Shown here piece after piece: positions 52,652 through 64,000 of a DNA stretch of 64,000 nt. Below the pieces are notes generated by a model. The model was given only the letters and a program-made list of their open reading frames with translations, was not told the DNA's origin and did no database searches. This DNA is from Felis catus (lineage: Eukaryota). The translations under genes were made by a program, and so were the position numbers. Position 1 is the first letter of the stretch, and each line of letters starts with the position of its first letter. The DNA lies in NCBI RefSeq assembly GCF_018350175.1, contig NC_058368.1, positions 24,864,001 through 24,928,000 on the forward strand, written 5' to 3'.

Positions 52652-52872
52652 GGGGCGCCTGGGTGGCGCAGTCGGTTAAGCGTCCGACTTCAGCCAGGTC
52701 ACGATCTCGCGGTCCGTGAGTTCGAGCCCCGCGTCAGGCTCTGGGCTGATGGCTCAGAGCCTGGAGCCTGTTTCCGATTCTGTGTCTCCCTCTCTCTGCC
52801 CATCCCCCGTTCATGCTCTGTCTCTCTCTGTCCCAAAAATAAATAAACGTTGAAAAAAAAAATTTAAAAAAA
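52652..52872 (+). mobile_element. Young Can-SINE (SINEC_Fc-like)
   Basis: TSD aaaaaataattaa. Confidence 0.93.
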
Positions 52873-53575
52873 ATAATTAAAAAGAAGGTCTAGACAAAAA
52901 AATTAAGCATTAGGAAATTACATTGGATTTGATAACATTTAATTTACATAGAGTTTCCCACCGTTACCTATCTAAATTGTGATAGGTGAGCGTCTTTGTC
53001 ATCTCGAGTTAAGATTTTGAGTTGGGGTTTCTGGGTTTTCGTCTGTTTTGGCAAGTACCTACAGTAGAGACTCAAGGCAGACATATGAAATGTTGGGTCC
53101 TCCTGGCAGCTGAGTTGGTCGATCCGATTGGATCCATATAATTGTGGTATACACACCCATGACATTTGCTTTCAGACATGTTGTGTGTACTCTTTAGGAC
53201 TTGTGTTTCTGGATCCTAGATTTATATGTTGGAAGACCATGCTTCCCGCATGCCTCAGTCCCAGTCTTACTTGACCAAGGGTGTGCACACGCTGGAAGTC
53301 TTTGGGGTTCCTTCATCTTTCCAGCATCGGGACTGGTACCAAGAGAGTTTGCTTGGCACAGTTAGACAGAGAGTTGAGTCAGGCAACTAGTCCAGACAAC
53401 CCAAGGTTTCCCTTTAAATTGAGTAGGTTAAATTTGCTAGAAAGTTCTCTTTGTACTATTTCTCTCTTTGCGGTCAATGCCATTGGACTTTCTCCCTTGC
53501 TTTCTTACTGGATTATCACTAGCTCCAGGTTAGTTAAGAACAAAGCCTCTTTGAGGGCTATAGATGGCAATAAAA

Positions 53576-53790
53576 TTTTTTTTAATTTTTTTAATGTTTA
53601 TTTATTTTTGACAGAGAGACAGCAAGCCAGTGGGGAAGGGACAGAGAGATAGGGAGACACAGAATCCAAAGCAGGCTCCAGGCTCTGAGCTGTCAGCACA
53701 GAGCCCTATGCGGTGCTCGAACCCATGAACCATGAGATCACGACCTGAGCTGAAGTTCGATGCTTAACTCACTGAGCCACCCAGACCCCC
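53576..53790 (-). mobile_element. Can-SINE
   Basis: Antisense full copy; flanking tggcaata duplication. Confidence 0.9.
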
Positions 53791-54236
53791 CTGGCAATAC
53801 AAATTTAACTCTCTCCTTTTCTTGTTTTGAAATTTCAACTCCGCATATTTGCTTAATCTTAATGACACTCTTCTCCCTTCCATACCCTAAAATTGCGTGG
53901 GGACTAATTTTTAAAAGCAAATGAACCGTGATTCATTTTGTTTGGAGCTGTTTTTGAGAATACTTCTGAAGACACCAAAGTCTATCACTGAGGGCAAATT
54001 GGGAGTTCTGATTCCAGAATTGGCAGCTTGCACTAGGTCCCTACACCATGAATCAGAGCAAGGTCTCTGTCCCTCCACCTGGTGGTAATAATTTTGTGTG
54101 AACTTAGATGTATGCTTCTTTTTGTGTGAAATAGGGGAATAGTCTGTATGTAAAAAGTATGCACCCTGGGGCAAGTGGTCAGGGAGTCCAAGTTTGTCTT
54201 TGGCATCACTGGCTTCCCTTTATCTTTAAAAAAGAA

Positions 54237-54459
54237 TTTTTTTAACATGTATTTACTTTTGAGAGACAGAGAGAGACATAGCATGAGTGGGGAGGGGCAG
54301 AGAGAGGGGGAGACATAGAATCGGAATCCGAAGCAGGCTCCAGGCTCTGAGCTGTCTTCACAGAGACCGATGCAGGGCGCAAACTCATGAACCGTGAGAT
54401 CATGACCTCGGCTGAAGTCAAAGTCAGAGGCTTAGCTGACTGAGCCACCCAGGTACCCC
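54237..54459 (-). mobile_element. Can-SINE
   Basis: TSD atcactggcttccctt. Confidence 0.9.
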
Positions 54460-54892
54460 ATCACTGGCTTCCCTTTCCCCATCTTTCTTTGTACTAGTCT
54501 CCCACAGAAAGCTGCCCACCTTGTACACACCCCTTTACCCCACGGAAGGGTCAAGGTACAGCCTGAAATACTAGTGTTCTGGTCTTTATTTCTACCCTTC
54601 TGCCTTCCACCCTTTCTACCCTGTGGAATGACAAGTAATTGTGGAGGAACAAAGAGGACTTGAAATCAGAAGTCCTGACTGAAAACCTCAGTCCTGCCTC
54701 TCACCAGCTACGTGACCTTGACTAGTACCTTTTAGTTACACCAGCTTTTAATGTCCCTTGAAAATCCTCAAAGGGATGCAGAGAACAATGTGTGTTTCAT
54801 AGATTTGTTGAAAGAATTAAACGCGAGCACTACATAGATGGAAGTTATTTTCCTGAAGTTTCTTGTTATTGTTGTTGGTTTTCCTTGGGCAG

Positions 54893-54997
54893 GTTTCTAG
54901 AAAAGAACAAAGAGCCAAAAATGCCATATGGATTGACTGTGGAATCCATGCCAGAGAATGGATCTCTCCCGCTTTCTGCTTGTGGTTCATAGGCTAT
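54893..54997 (+). CDS. CPB2: CPB2 exon 6 with M14 zinc-binding HxxE motif, 105 nt
   Basis: ggcag acceptor, gtaagt donor; [35 protein letters not shown]. Confidence 0.97.
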
Positions 54998-55019
54998 GTA
55001 AGTATTCACATTCTCTTAC

Positions 55020-55210
55020 ACTAGGGTTTCTCAATTCGTGGCCCAAGACGACCTGTGTCAGAATCCGCTGGGCTGTTTATGAAATGCATTTTCCCAGGTC
55101 ACATCCTAGAATTCTTGCCTTCAACTCTATGGTGGTGAGGTTTGGTAATCTACAAATTCCACAAGCTACCCAGGTGACCTTTGTGCATATTTTTAAGTTT
55201 GGGAACTGTA
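55020..55210. mobile_element. MER5-like hAT fossil just after CPB2 exon 6
   Basis: gtttctcaa...aagtttgggaactg ends. Confidence 0.6.
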
Positions 55211-56679
55211 ACTTCAAGCATTTAAATCACCCTAAAGATTGTCTACCTTTTTCTTCCTGTATTTCTGGCTAGGGCTAAACACTGGAAAATAATTAAGAAA
55301 TATTTTGCAATTGTAGTATGTTTACTAAGTAGAAGAAAGAACTAAAGCAATTACCTAAATTGAGTCCCAATTAATTTCTTACTCTTCTGACTTAAATAAT
55401 CCAGACATCTTTGCCGTATTCTGCCCTTGGAAATTGAACATGAAGTACAACATTACAGAGCACATCCTATTTTCTCATATGTTATAATGGGAGATTTTGT
55501 CCCTGAAGGAGGCCTTGGCAGCAAAAAAATCCATATATAAGGCAAAGAGCATGGCATAAAACCAAAAATTATAATGGCTATAAAGCTGTATAATAAATGA
55601 ATACAGTAAAAATTATGCTTCAGCTCCCATAAAATGGGCATAAATGTTCTCTATATTGATTTATACAAAGAGCTGTTACCACTGGAAAACTAACCTAAAA
55701 TATGTGTCCTTCTGCTAATGGTGATTGTCTCTGTATTCACAGGGATACAGCCACACATAATAGATTTGTTTAAAAAAAAATCAAAAGATAGTCACTTCCA
55801 TTGATCTGCCTTAACCCATGATGTACATCAAAAGTGAAAATATTTCTGCCTCCACTGGGTCTTGTCAGATACAACACCTCTACCTCTCTTCCTTTGCCTC
55901 ACCATCTGCTCTTACCCTCTGATGGGAGCTGCAGCCTCCCTGAGCCTTCTGGAAAGTTCCCAGCCACCACTGGTACCGCCCTGACCAAATGAAGATAGTT
56001 CTCAATGGACCAGATCGTTAACACAGCTCAGTCATTTAGTGATCCTTCCTCAACTTGGGTGGTTTATTCCTTTTAGGTAATGAATGAAGCAGCAGTTAGT
56101 GGAGGAAGAAACGTGCAAAGCAAGCAGGAAAGCACGCTTCTTTTCCTTCCATCACTGAACCTGGAAAGGACCAGAAAGAAAGGCTAATTCATATTGGTGA
56201 AGTTGTCCCTACTTGTCATCCCTCCCCGATTGACATCTCTTGTCTCCTATTACACATGCTCTCCTCCACCCACCCCCAATTGCTGAATCTTTGTAAGATT
56301 AAAGTATTTACTCTGCAAATATTTATAAACTGCCTATGAGGTTCCAGACTCTGGAGATACCACGGGAAATAAGATACGGCTCCAAAACCTTACAGTCAAG
56401 TATTTTGTCCCGACAAACATGAGGCTGATTTTTGTAGCCCAAGGCAACACAGTTCAATAAACTCTTGTTAATGGACATTTAAGGAGCTGCATCCTTGCCT
56501 GCCTAAAACTAATCTAGATCATCTGCCCTTCATAATGATTCGAACAACTGTAGAAGGCAAAATGAAATCCTTAGCTTTCAGATTTTTGTGGGGGCAGATT
56601 TTATACTTAAAAAGTAAAGAACTCAAAGACAAAGGGAAGTCTTAGCTTTTAAGTCGCTATAAAGAAAACCTACACCGTT

Positions 56680-57530
56680 CCTGCATTTCTCCTTTCTTCT
56701 CGTACGACTACCACACGCACAACACTTCTGACACCAGATGCATGGGGACTTTCTCCATCCCAAGCAATTCTGTGACACCAGCTGGGTGTCCGACAATGTA
56801 ACTCACTTTTGACACTGTCTGCCTGGAGACTGAGTCAGATCCCACAGGGTAAGGGCTCAGCTGCGCCCCCCCCCCCCCTGTCACCCTTCAGATGCCAGTT
56901 GAAACTCCAGGCTGTTATCCGCGCTTCTGACCGATCAGCTCTAAGTCAAAGGTTCCCACCACCTCCTCCTTGGGTTTGCTTCATTTGGCTAGAGTAGCTG
57001 AGGGAACTCAGAGGAACAGGTTACTTCTTGTTTGCCAGTGTATCATAAAAGGATGTCATAAAAGATACGGATGAACACCTAGGTAGAAGAGATGCATAGG
57101 ATAAGGTCTGTGGGAAGGGGCATGGAGCTTCCCGGCCCTCTCCAGATGAACCCCTCTCCTAGCACTTTCCACGTGTTCACCAGCCCCGAAGCTCCCGGAA
57201 CCCCTTATCTTTGGGGCTTTTATAGAGGCTTCACCTTGTAGGCATGAGAGATCATTAACTCAATTTCTAATCCCTCTCCCCTTCCTGGAGGATATGGTTG
57301 GGGCTGGAACCTCCAAGTTCCTAATCATGGCTTGGTCTTTCCAAGAATCACCTCATGAGAACAAAAGACGCTGCTATCACCCAGGAAATTTCAAGGGATT
57401 TCAAAGCTCTGTGTCAGGAACTGAGGTCAAGGACCAAATACTAGAACAAAAGATGCCTTCATTGCTCTTATCATTCAGGGCATTACAAGGTCTGCGCCAG
57501 GAACCAGAGTGGGTGTGGGGCAGAGACCAA
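56680..57530. mobile_element. MER21-like LTR element
   Basis: caacacttctgacacca...gacaccagctgggtgtcc...agtcagatcccacagg motifs. Confidence 0.7.
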
Positions 57531-57534
57531 TACA

Positions 57535-57569
<35 letters not shown>

Positions 57570-59225
57570 ATGTATATATATATATATCTCGTACTCTCTT
57601 ACTCTTCTCTAACTCAGTGTGGTGCAGTCTCAGCTGAGGAGAAACCCATTACTCTACACTTTGGGGAGCCTGAGGCCAGTCATTTCTTTCTATGCCTCTC
57701 ATTCATCCTCTAGAGACCAATTTTAGATCCCTTCCACTTCTGCAAAGGCAGGGCCAAGGCTAGCTTGGCCATGACAAGCACCGGCCTGGCCCATCATAGG
57801 AGCCCAAGGAACATGTATGGGGCATCGCGCCTTGCTTAGCATTTTGTCTGCCAGCTGGCTTTTCTCAGTGCCGGCCTCCCTGCGAACCTCTGCCCAGGAG
57901 AATGCTCACGTAGCTGCACACAAAGTGGGCACCCTGCAACCTTATGGCCTCCGCAAATTTCCTTCTGCTGCCCCTTACCTTAGCTGACACGTGACTTGTG
58001 AAGGGCACTGCTTCATAGACGCTCCATCAAGGAGACAGCCTGCTCTTTCTTTCATATCTCCATGTGCCGAGGGACCAGAGGAGTGGATCGACATTCTCCT
58101 GTCCTGCTACAGGTGTCCCCTGCTTTCCTAAAGTTCGCATTATGCCATTCGCTTTTACGAAAGACCTGCATTAGGATGGTGATGGCTTTTTTCATAAAAG
58201 CAAAACCTCTGCTTCTTGCAGTAAGCAAAAACAGGTGCTGATGTAAAAGTGTTGGGAAAGTAGGGGATACTCTTCACTTTATCCCATTGTGGCTTACGGA
58301 AGGATTTCAGAGTCACCCTCTGCTTTCAGACAGCGGGGAAATCATCTGCAGTCACTGCCTTTTCCCCCCAATTCGCGATCTGATCTGATTGAACCACTCT
58401 TGAGTTTTCTTTTTACTGTCATCTAGTGGCCTCCAGATAACTCCCTGGAACCTGGCTCGCGATTCTTTATTCCTCTCCAATTCTTGCTGTCGTTCTGAGT
58501 GAATTTAAAGTCCATGTGCGAGATCTAGCTAGGGAATAATCTCGGAAACTTGAACTCGACATCACTACACCTAATCTCAACTCTGTTTCAGTAAACTTCT
58601 CCCATGGCCCTCCTCGGATCTCAACACTAATTCTCTCCCTGACCTTTAGATCCAAAATATGGCTGAGGACAGTGGCCAGGAAGGATAGGAGGAGCCACTT
58701 AAAAATCTGACTTCTTAATTTCCAGTCCTTCTGTTTCTGTCATTCCTCACACCTGCTCACCACCCATTCACCCGTATCCTGAATGTCTTGTCCCCTCAAT
58801 CTGCTCTTCGGGAATTCCGACACCAAACACCTGAAAAATTAACTCTCCTTCTTCTGAGCCACCTTGTACATCCTGAAATTATTATCGTACTTATAGCATT
58901 GAATTCTTGCTGTTTCCTTTCCAACCTAACAGTTTTATCAGCTTGTTAAGGACAAAGATAATCTGTAAAGTCAGTGTTTGTTGTTGTTACAGTATAACTC
59001 ATTATATTGTTTGGTCCACAGGATCAGCACTCAACATCTCTTGTAACATTTAAAATTTAAATTGATGCTTCAGCTTTAGGCTGAAATACAGCTCTCGGGT
59101 TCAGAGAGTACCTACCATTGTGCTAAATACTTTGTTGCCATTGCAGAAAAACTGGGACTTAAGCTCTTTGCTGTATTTCTACTGGTAGCAGGAGTAACAG
59201 TTTATTTTTAAATCTTCCGTTCATA

Positions 59226-59420
59226 GGGGCTCCCGGGTGGCTCAGTCGGTTAAGTGTCCAACTCTTGATTTCCACTTGGGTTGTGATCCCAGGGTCATGG
59301 GAATGAGACCCACATCAGGCTCCATTGCTGAGCGTGCAGCCTGCTTGGGATTCTCTCTCTCTCCCTCTGCCCCTCTCCCCCCGCTCTTGCTCTCTCTCTC
59401 TCAAATAAAAAAAAAATTAA
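59226..59420 (+). mobile_element. Can-SINE (older)
   Basis: tRNA head, CT tract, tail; flanking aaatcttcc.ttcatag duplication. Confidence 0.88.
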
Positions 59421-60025
59421 GAAAATCTTCCATTCATAGTATCTTATATGCCTTTTTGGACTAATTTATTCTGTCAAGCGGCTATTGGTGAATTTTTTGG
59501 CAGGTGTTGTTGTTGTTGGGGACCATAATAAGGACAAAGCTTCGGTGTACCTCAGGAAAAGAGAAGTGAGTAATTATCTGCCAGAGGTCAAGCTAATAGG
59601 AATCAGTCAGGCCTTTATTTCCCACCCCTAATCTCTCATTCTTGTGCTGTCCTCTGGTACCCTCTTTCTTCTTGTCTTGTTTTTATACTAGGACAGTGAG
59701 TTCAACTTTATTACTTGTCTTGTTGGTAAATCATTCCTTTGACAAATATTTATTTGTTGTCTTTTGTGTGTGTTTTGTCTTCAGCCACCTACCTCATTAA
59801 GAGTGATTCATTCGCTAAATATAAAACCATGACTGTACATATCTTTATAAAATACCATGAAAACTCACTGGAGAGCCCCAGGATACACAAATCACAAATT
59901 GATAATAAATTATTAGATTAATAAATATGTTACACTTGGTTGAAGTGTTATTTTAAAATATCATGTCTTTAAACACAGTTGATCTGTTAAGTCATGTTAC
60001 AAGGCTTATAGAAATCTAGAGGTTA

Positions 60026-60252
60026 GGGGCGCCTGGGTGGCGCAGTCGGTTAAGCGTCCGACTTCAGCCAGGTCACGATCTCACGGTCCGTGAGTTCGAG
60101 CCCCGCGTCGGGCTCTGGGCTGATGGCTCAGAGCCTGGAGCCTGTTTCCGATTCTGTGTCTCCCTCTCTCTCTGCCCCTCTCCCGTTCATGCTCTGTCTC
60201 TCTCTGTCCCAAAAATAAATAAACGTTGAAAAAAAAATTAAAAAAAAAAAAA
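60026..60252 (+). mobile_element. Young Can-SINE (SINEC_Fc-like)
   Basis: TSD agaaatctagaggtta. Confidence 0.93.
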
Positions 60253-60799
60253 GAAATCTAGAGGTTAAATTACTTCAATGATATGATTATATGCCTAGAT
60301 TGTATGCTTTTGACATATAAATAACTGGGTAGATGTCAAATCTGAAAATATCTTAATGAGTATAACATCATTTACAAGGTTAAGTGAGAATATTTCTTAG
60401 ATTTCTCTGTATCTATGGAACTCTGCCCTTAATTCACACAATGCCTAGAAAAGAACACAGGTTTGCCCAATACCAGGTACAACCCAGTCTCACCCTTTAG
60501 CCAATCGGGAAAATATCCAAAGTCCTGAGGGTGCTTTAACCTTACCTAGCCAATCCATTCAGGTCACCCTCCCGTTAGGGTTCACTTCTCCTTTTATGGG
60601 TAGGCATTGAGAAGTCCCCTTAATGCCCAGTTTCCCTCCGTCTTTCCTTTTTCTACACCTCTCCCCCGAGGTCCTGGTTCCGTCCTGCTGCTACTCTTCA
60701 GATCACCAATTCCCACTTTTTCTGCACCCTCATCTTCTTTAAATGCACCCAAGCAAGCCTACCACTAGTCCAGATGGCACCTTTGTGAAAGGTCAAAAA

Positions 60800-61845
60800 A
60801 GGCATCCTTTGCTGGAACGAGTAGCTATCCACATGCAAAAGAATGAACTTGGACCCCTACCTCATACCAAGTGCAAAGATTAACCCCAAATGGGTCAGAG
60901 ACCTAAATTTAAAAGGCAAAAATACAAAATTCTTAGAAGAAAACATAGAAGTAGTCAATCTTTGTGCCTTTAGGCGATTATTCATTAGATATGACACCAA
61001 AAGCATAAACAACAAAGGACAAAAGAGAGAAACAGGGCTGTACCAAAATCAAAAATCTTTGTGCTTTTCAAAGAATGTCATCAAGAAAGTGAAAAGACAA
61101 CCCATATAACTGAGGGAAATTTTTGCAAATCACATATATGATAAGGGACTTGGATCCAAAATATATAAAGAATGTTTACAAATAAACAATAAAATGACAT
61201 ATAGTCCAATTTAAAATTGGGCAAAATATCTGAAAAGATAACTCGCCATATACAAATGGCCAGTAAGCATATGAGAAGGTATTCAACATCATCAGTCATT
61301 AGAGAAATGCAAATTACAACCACAAGGACGTATCACTTCCGACCCACCAGGATGGCTAAAGTTCAAAAAGGATAATCACAAGTGTTGGTAATGCTGTGGA
61401 AAAATTAGAACCCTCGTTCATTGCTGTTGGGATCGTAAAACAGTGCAGCCACTATTTTACAGTTTGGCAGTTCCTTGAAAGGTTAGGCATTGAATTAGCA
61501 TGTGACCTAGCAATTCCACTAGTAGGTACACACCCAAGAGAAGCAGACACATTTGTTTACAGATGTTCATGCATCCTTATTCATAATAGTCAAAAAGTGT
61601 GCCCATCGACCTCTGAGTAGATAAAATAATGTGGAATATCCTTATAATGGAACATCATTCAGCAGTGAAGAGGAATGAAATACTGACTCATGCTACAAAA
61701 TGGACAACTCTTGCAAGCATTATGCTAAGTGACAGAAGCCAGACACAAAGGCCATGCATTCGATGATTCCGTTTATATGAAATAGCTAGAATGGGTAAAT
61801 CCACAGAGATAGGAAGTTGATTAGTGATTGTCAAAGGGGGAGTAT
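60800..61845 (+). mobile_element. Old L1 ORF2 C-terminus/3' UTR fragment
   Basis: Peptide MNLDPYLIPSAKINPKWVRDLN resembles L1 ORF2; frameshifted. Confidence 0.85.
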
Positions 61846-62394
61846 TAGGTTCTGACAGATGATCCATATTAGCTCTGGAGCTTTTTGTCCAAGAAGCAGG
61901 ACTCCAAACAGAATGGGTAAGTGAGGGTTTGAATGTGTGTTTCATAGATTTGTTGAAAGAATTAAAATGAACATTTTGACTCCCCATGTTATAAGGACAA
62001 AGTAGAAACTATGTAGTCATATCTGGGCGTAAGACAAAGTTAGTTTAAACTCTGATTGATATATAGATTATTGAAAAAGGAATGGAATTACATCTAAGTT
62101 AGAATTCTTTTTGTTTCTTGAAGAAGAAAATTTTAGAAAACATACGGTGCTATTTTCTGCCTCCAATAAATAAGAGGACCATTTGTCCCCTATCCAAGGC
62201 ATTCGCCACCATTGGGCAGTCTAGTGCCCTGAGTTCAGACTTGTCAAGGAATTAATATTCTTCCTGAAAGTTAAAGATGCAAATCCAAACATGCGAAATG
62301 ATGTTTTAAAAAATATATAATGCATAAAGGAAACAGACTAAGTTTAGAAGGACTTAAGAGAGATATTATTAAACATGCTTGGTTTAATTTGTAG

Positions 62395-62505
62395 GTAACT
62401 CAATTCTATGGGAAAGAAACCCTGTACACCAGTCTTCTGACACAAATGGATTTCTATGTGATGCCGGTAGTTAATGTGGATGGTTATGACTTCACATGGA
62501 AAAAG
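62395..62505 (+). CDS. CPB2: CPB2 exon 7, 111 nt (gene continues beyond the window)
   Basis: tgtag acceptor, gtaggt donor; VTQFYGKETLYTSLLTQMDFYVMPVVNVDGYDFTWKK. Confidence 0.96.
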
Positions 62506-63040
62506 GTAGGTAAAGGCAAAGAAAACAAAACATGCCCTAGTTGGGGATAAAGGATGCACCGATCGAATTATTCATAGAATCCTGGATCTTGGCACAATGG
62601 TTTTATTTAAGATATAAATATCTTTAAATTCTTATTATGGGCCACTTCAAACATATGAGTGGGAATAATTGTATAGTAAATTCCTCTGTACCTACCACAC
62701 AACTTCGTCAATAATCAGCTCATGGCCAATATTTTCTTGTCTATATCCCCAACCCAATTCTACCTTATTCATATTATTTTGAAACAAATCTCAGATACCA
62801 TATCATTTCAGCAAAAATATTTCAGGATGCATCTCTAAAATAGGTCTTAAAACAAGCACAGTACAATTGTACCTAAAAATTAACAATACTGAATATCAGA
62901 AAATGTCCAATCAAATTTAAATTTGCAATTGTTTCATAACTTTTTTAGAAAAATTTTCTTTGATTCAGGATCCAGTTAAGGCCAATATATTGTGATTGGT
63001 TTAGGTATATTTTAATTCTGTTTTATTCCATAGATTCTCC

Positions 63041-63046
<6 letters not shown>

Positions 63047-63083
<37 letters not shown>
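63047..63083. repeat. (CT)n microsatellite
   Basis: Perfect CT run. Confidence 0.95.
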
Positions 63084-63088
<5 letters not shown>

Positions 63089-64000
63089 TTTCTTTGCAAT
63101 TTATTCATTGAAGACAAGGTTTCACATTGTCTGGATTTGCTAATTGCATGGCCATGTTGCAATTTAACACTCCTCTGTCCTCTGCATTTTCTAAAATTTG
63201 AAATTTGGATAGTAGGGGATAAACCAGATTCAGCTTTGACTTTTTTGGCAGGACTGTTTCATAGTGATTCTGTGTTCTGCATAATGTCTGGTTGTATCTC
63301 CTTTTGTGACATTAGCTACAACAATGCACACCGCCTAGATCTAGGAATCATTTGAATAGCATTTCGATTCATAAAATCATAAATTGCAAGATTGAGAGAA
63401 ACATTTTAACTGCACTTACATTCTGACAGAATCACATTCTAACTGGTACGTGAATTTAAAACCTTAGGACCCTTTAATTTAATCGTGAACATCTAATATG
63501 CGTGAGTTTCCTAGTCAATCTCATCTATACTGGAAACCATTATCAATGGTATTTCTAGCCCATCAACATCATGATTCAGGAAAATTACTCAAGCAATGGA
63601 AGTGCAGTCCTTTCTAATTTAATGAGGAGCGCATCAAAGCATATTTGAGCATATATAAGCTCAGAAAAGCCTCCTGAGACGCACATGTAAACACTAAGGG
63701 GAATGAGAATAATCAGAGTGATTGGAAACATACAGGGTTGGACAAAAATTGTTTCGTGGAAGAGGAAGAGGTAATTTTTGCAGAAGAAATGGCTGGAAAT
63801 GGTGAAGGAGATTGATTGCAAAAGTTATCGCAAGTGAAAGGAACACTGAATAAAAGCTTGTAGGGAGGACTGGGCAAATCCTGAGCTAAGTAAATGAGAA
63901 ATCCCTAGAACAGTACCTAACAAATTTGTGTCCAATAAACGATCACAGTCATAGATTGATGTTATGATAGACTTGTTCCTTTACTTGAATCACAGTAAAA

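Noticed and set aside
8073..60252. Recurrent ORFs beginning MAQSVK... or MGQRETEHER...
   Set aside because: Translations of Can-SINE sequence, not a gene family
60843..61620. Active L1 ORF2
   Set aside because: Short, frameshifted, lacks endonuclease and RT domains

Overview
Eukaryotic DNA from a felid, most likely domestic cat, inferred from the abundant Felis-type Can-SINEs and a cat-type L1 3' end. The + strand carries the last three coding exons and 3' UTR of LCP1 (L-plastin; 6015-6138, 9299-9423, 12379-12511; poly(A) signal about 14103). After about 16 kb of repeat-rich intergenic DNA come the promoter and coding exons 1-7 of CPB2 (carboxypeptidase B2/TAFI; 29945-62505), which continues past the window. 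All exons have GT-AG boundaries and join in frame. The rest is mostly tRNA-derived SINEs, L1 fragments, LTR/ERV-L remnants, DNA-transposon fossils and microsatellites. Nearly all entries in the ORF track are spurious. I see no prokaryotic-type or wholly new gene system. The most notable observations are a SINE with a 5' inversion (twin-priming signature), phase-compatible LCP1-to-CPB2 read-through splicing, an AG|GTAACT recursive-splice-like junction at CPB2 exon 7, nested inverted repeats around an LCP1 exon, and felid TAFI differences in the activation peptide and promoter. Repeat family names and human comparisons are from memory, not from a search.
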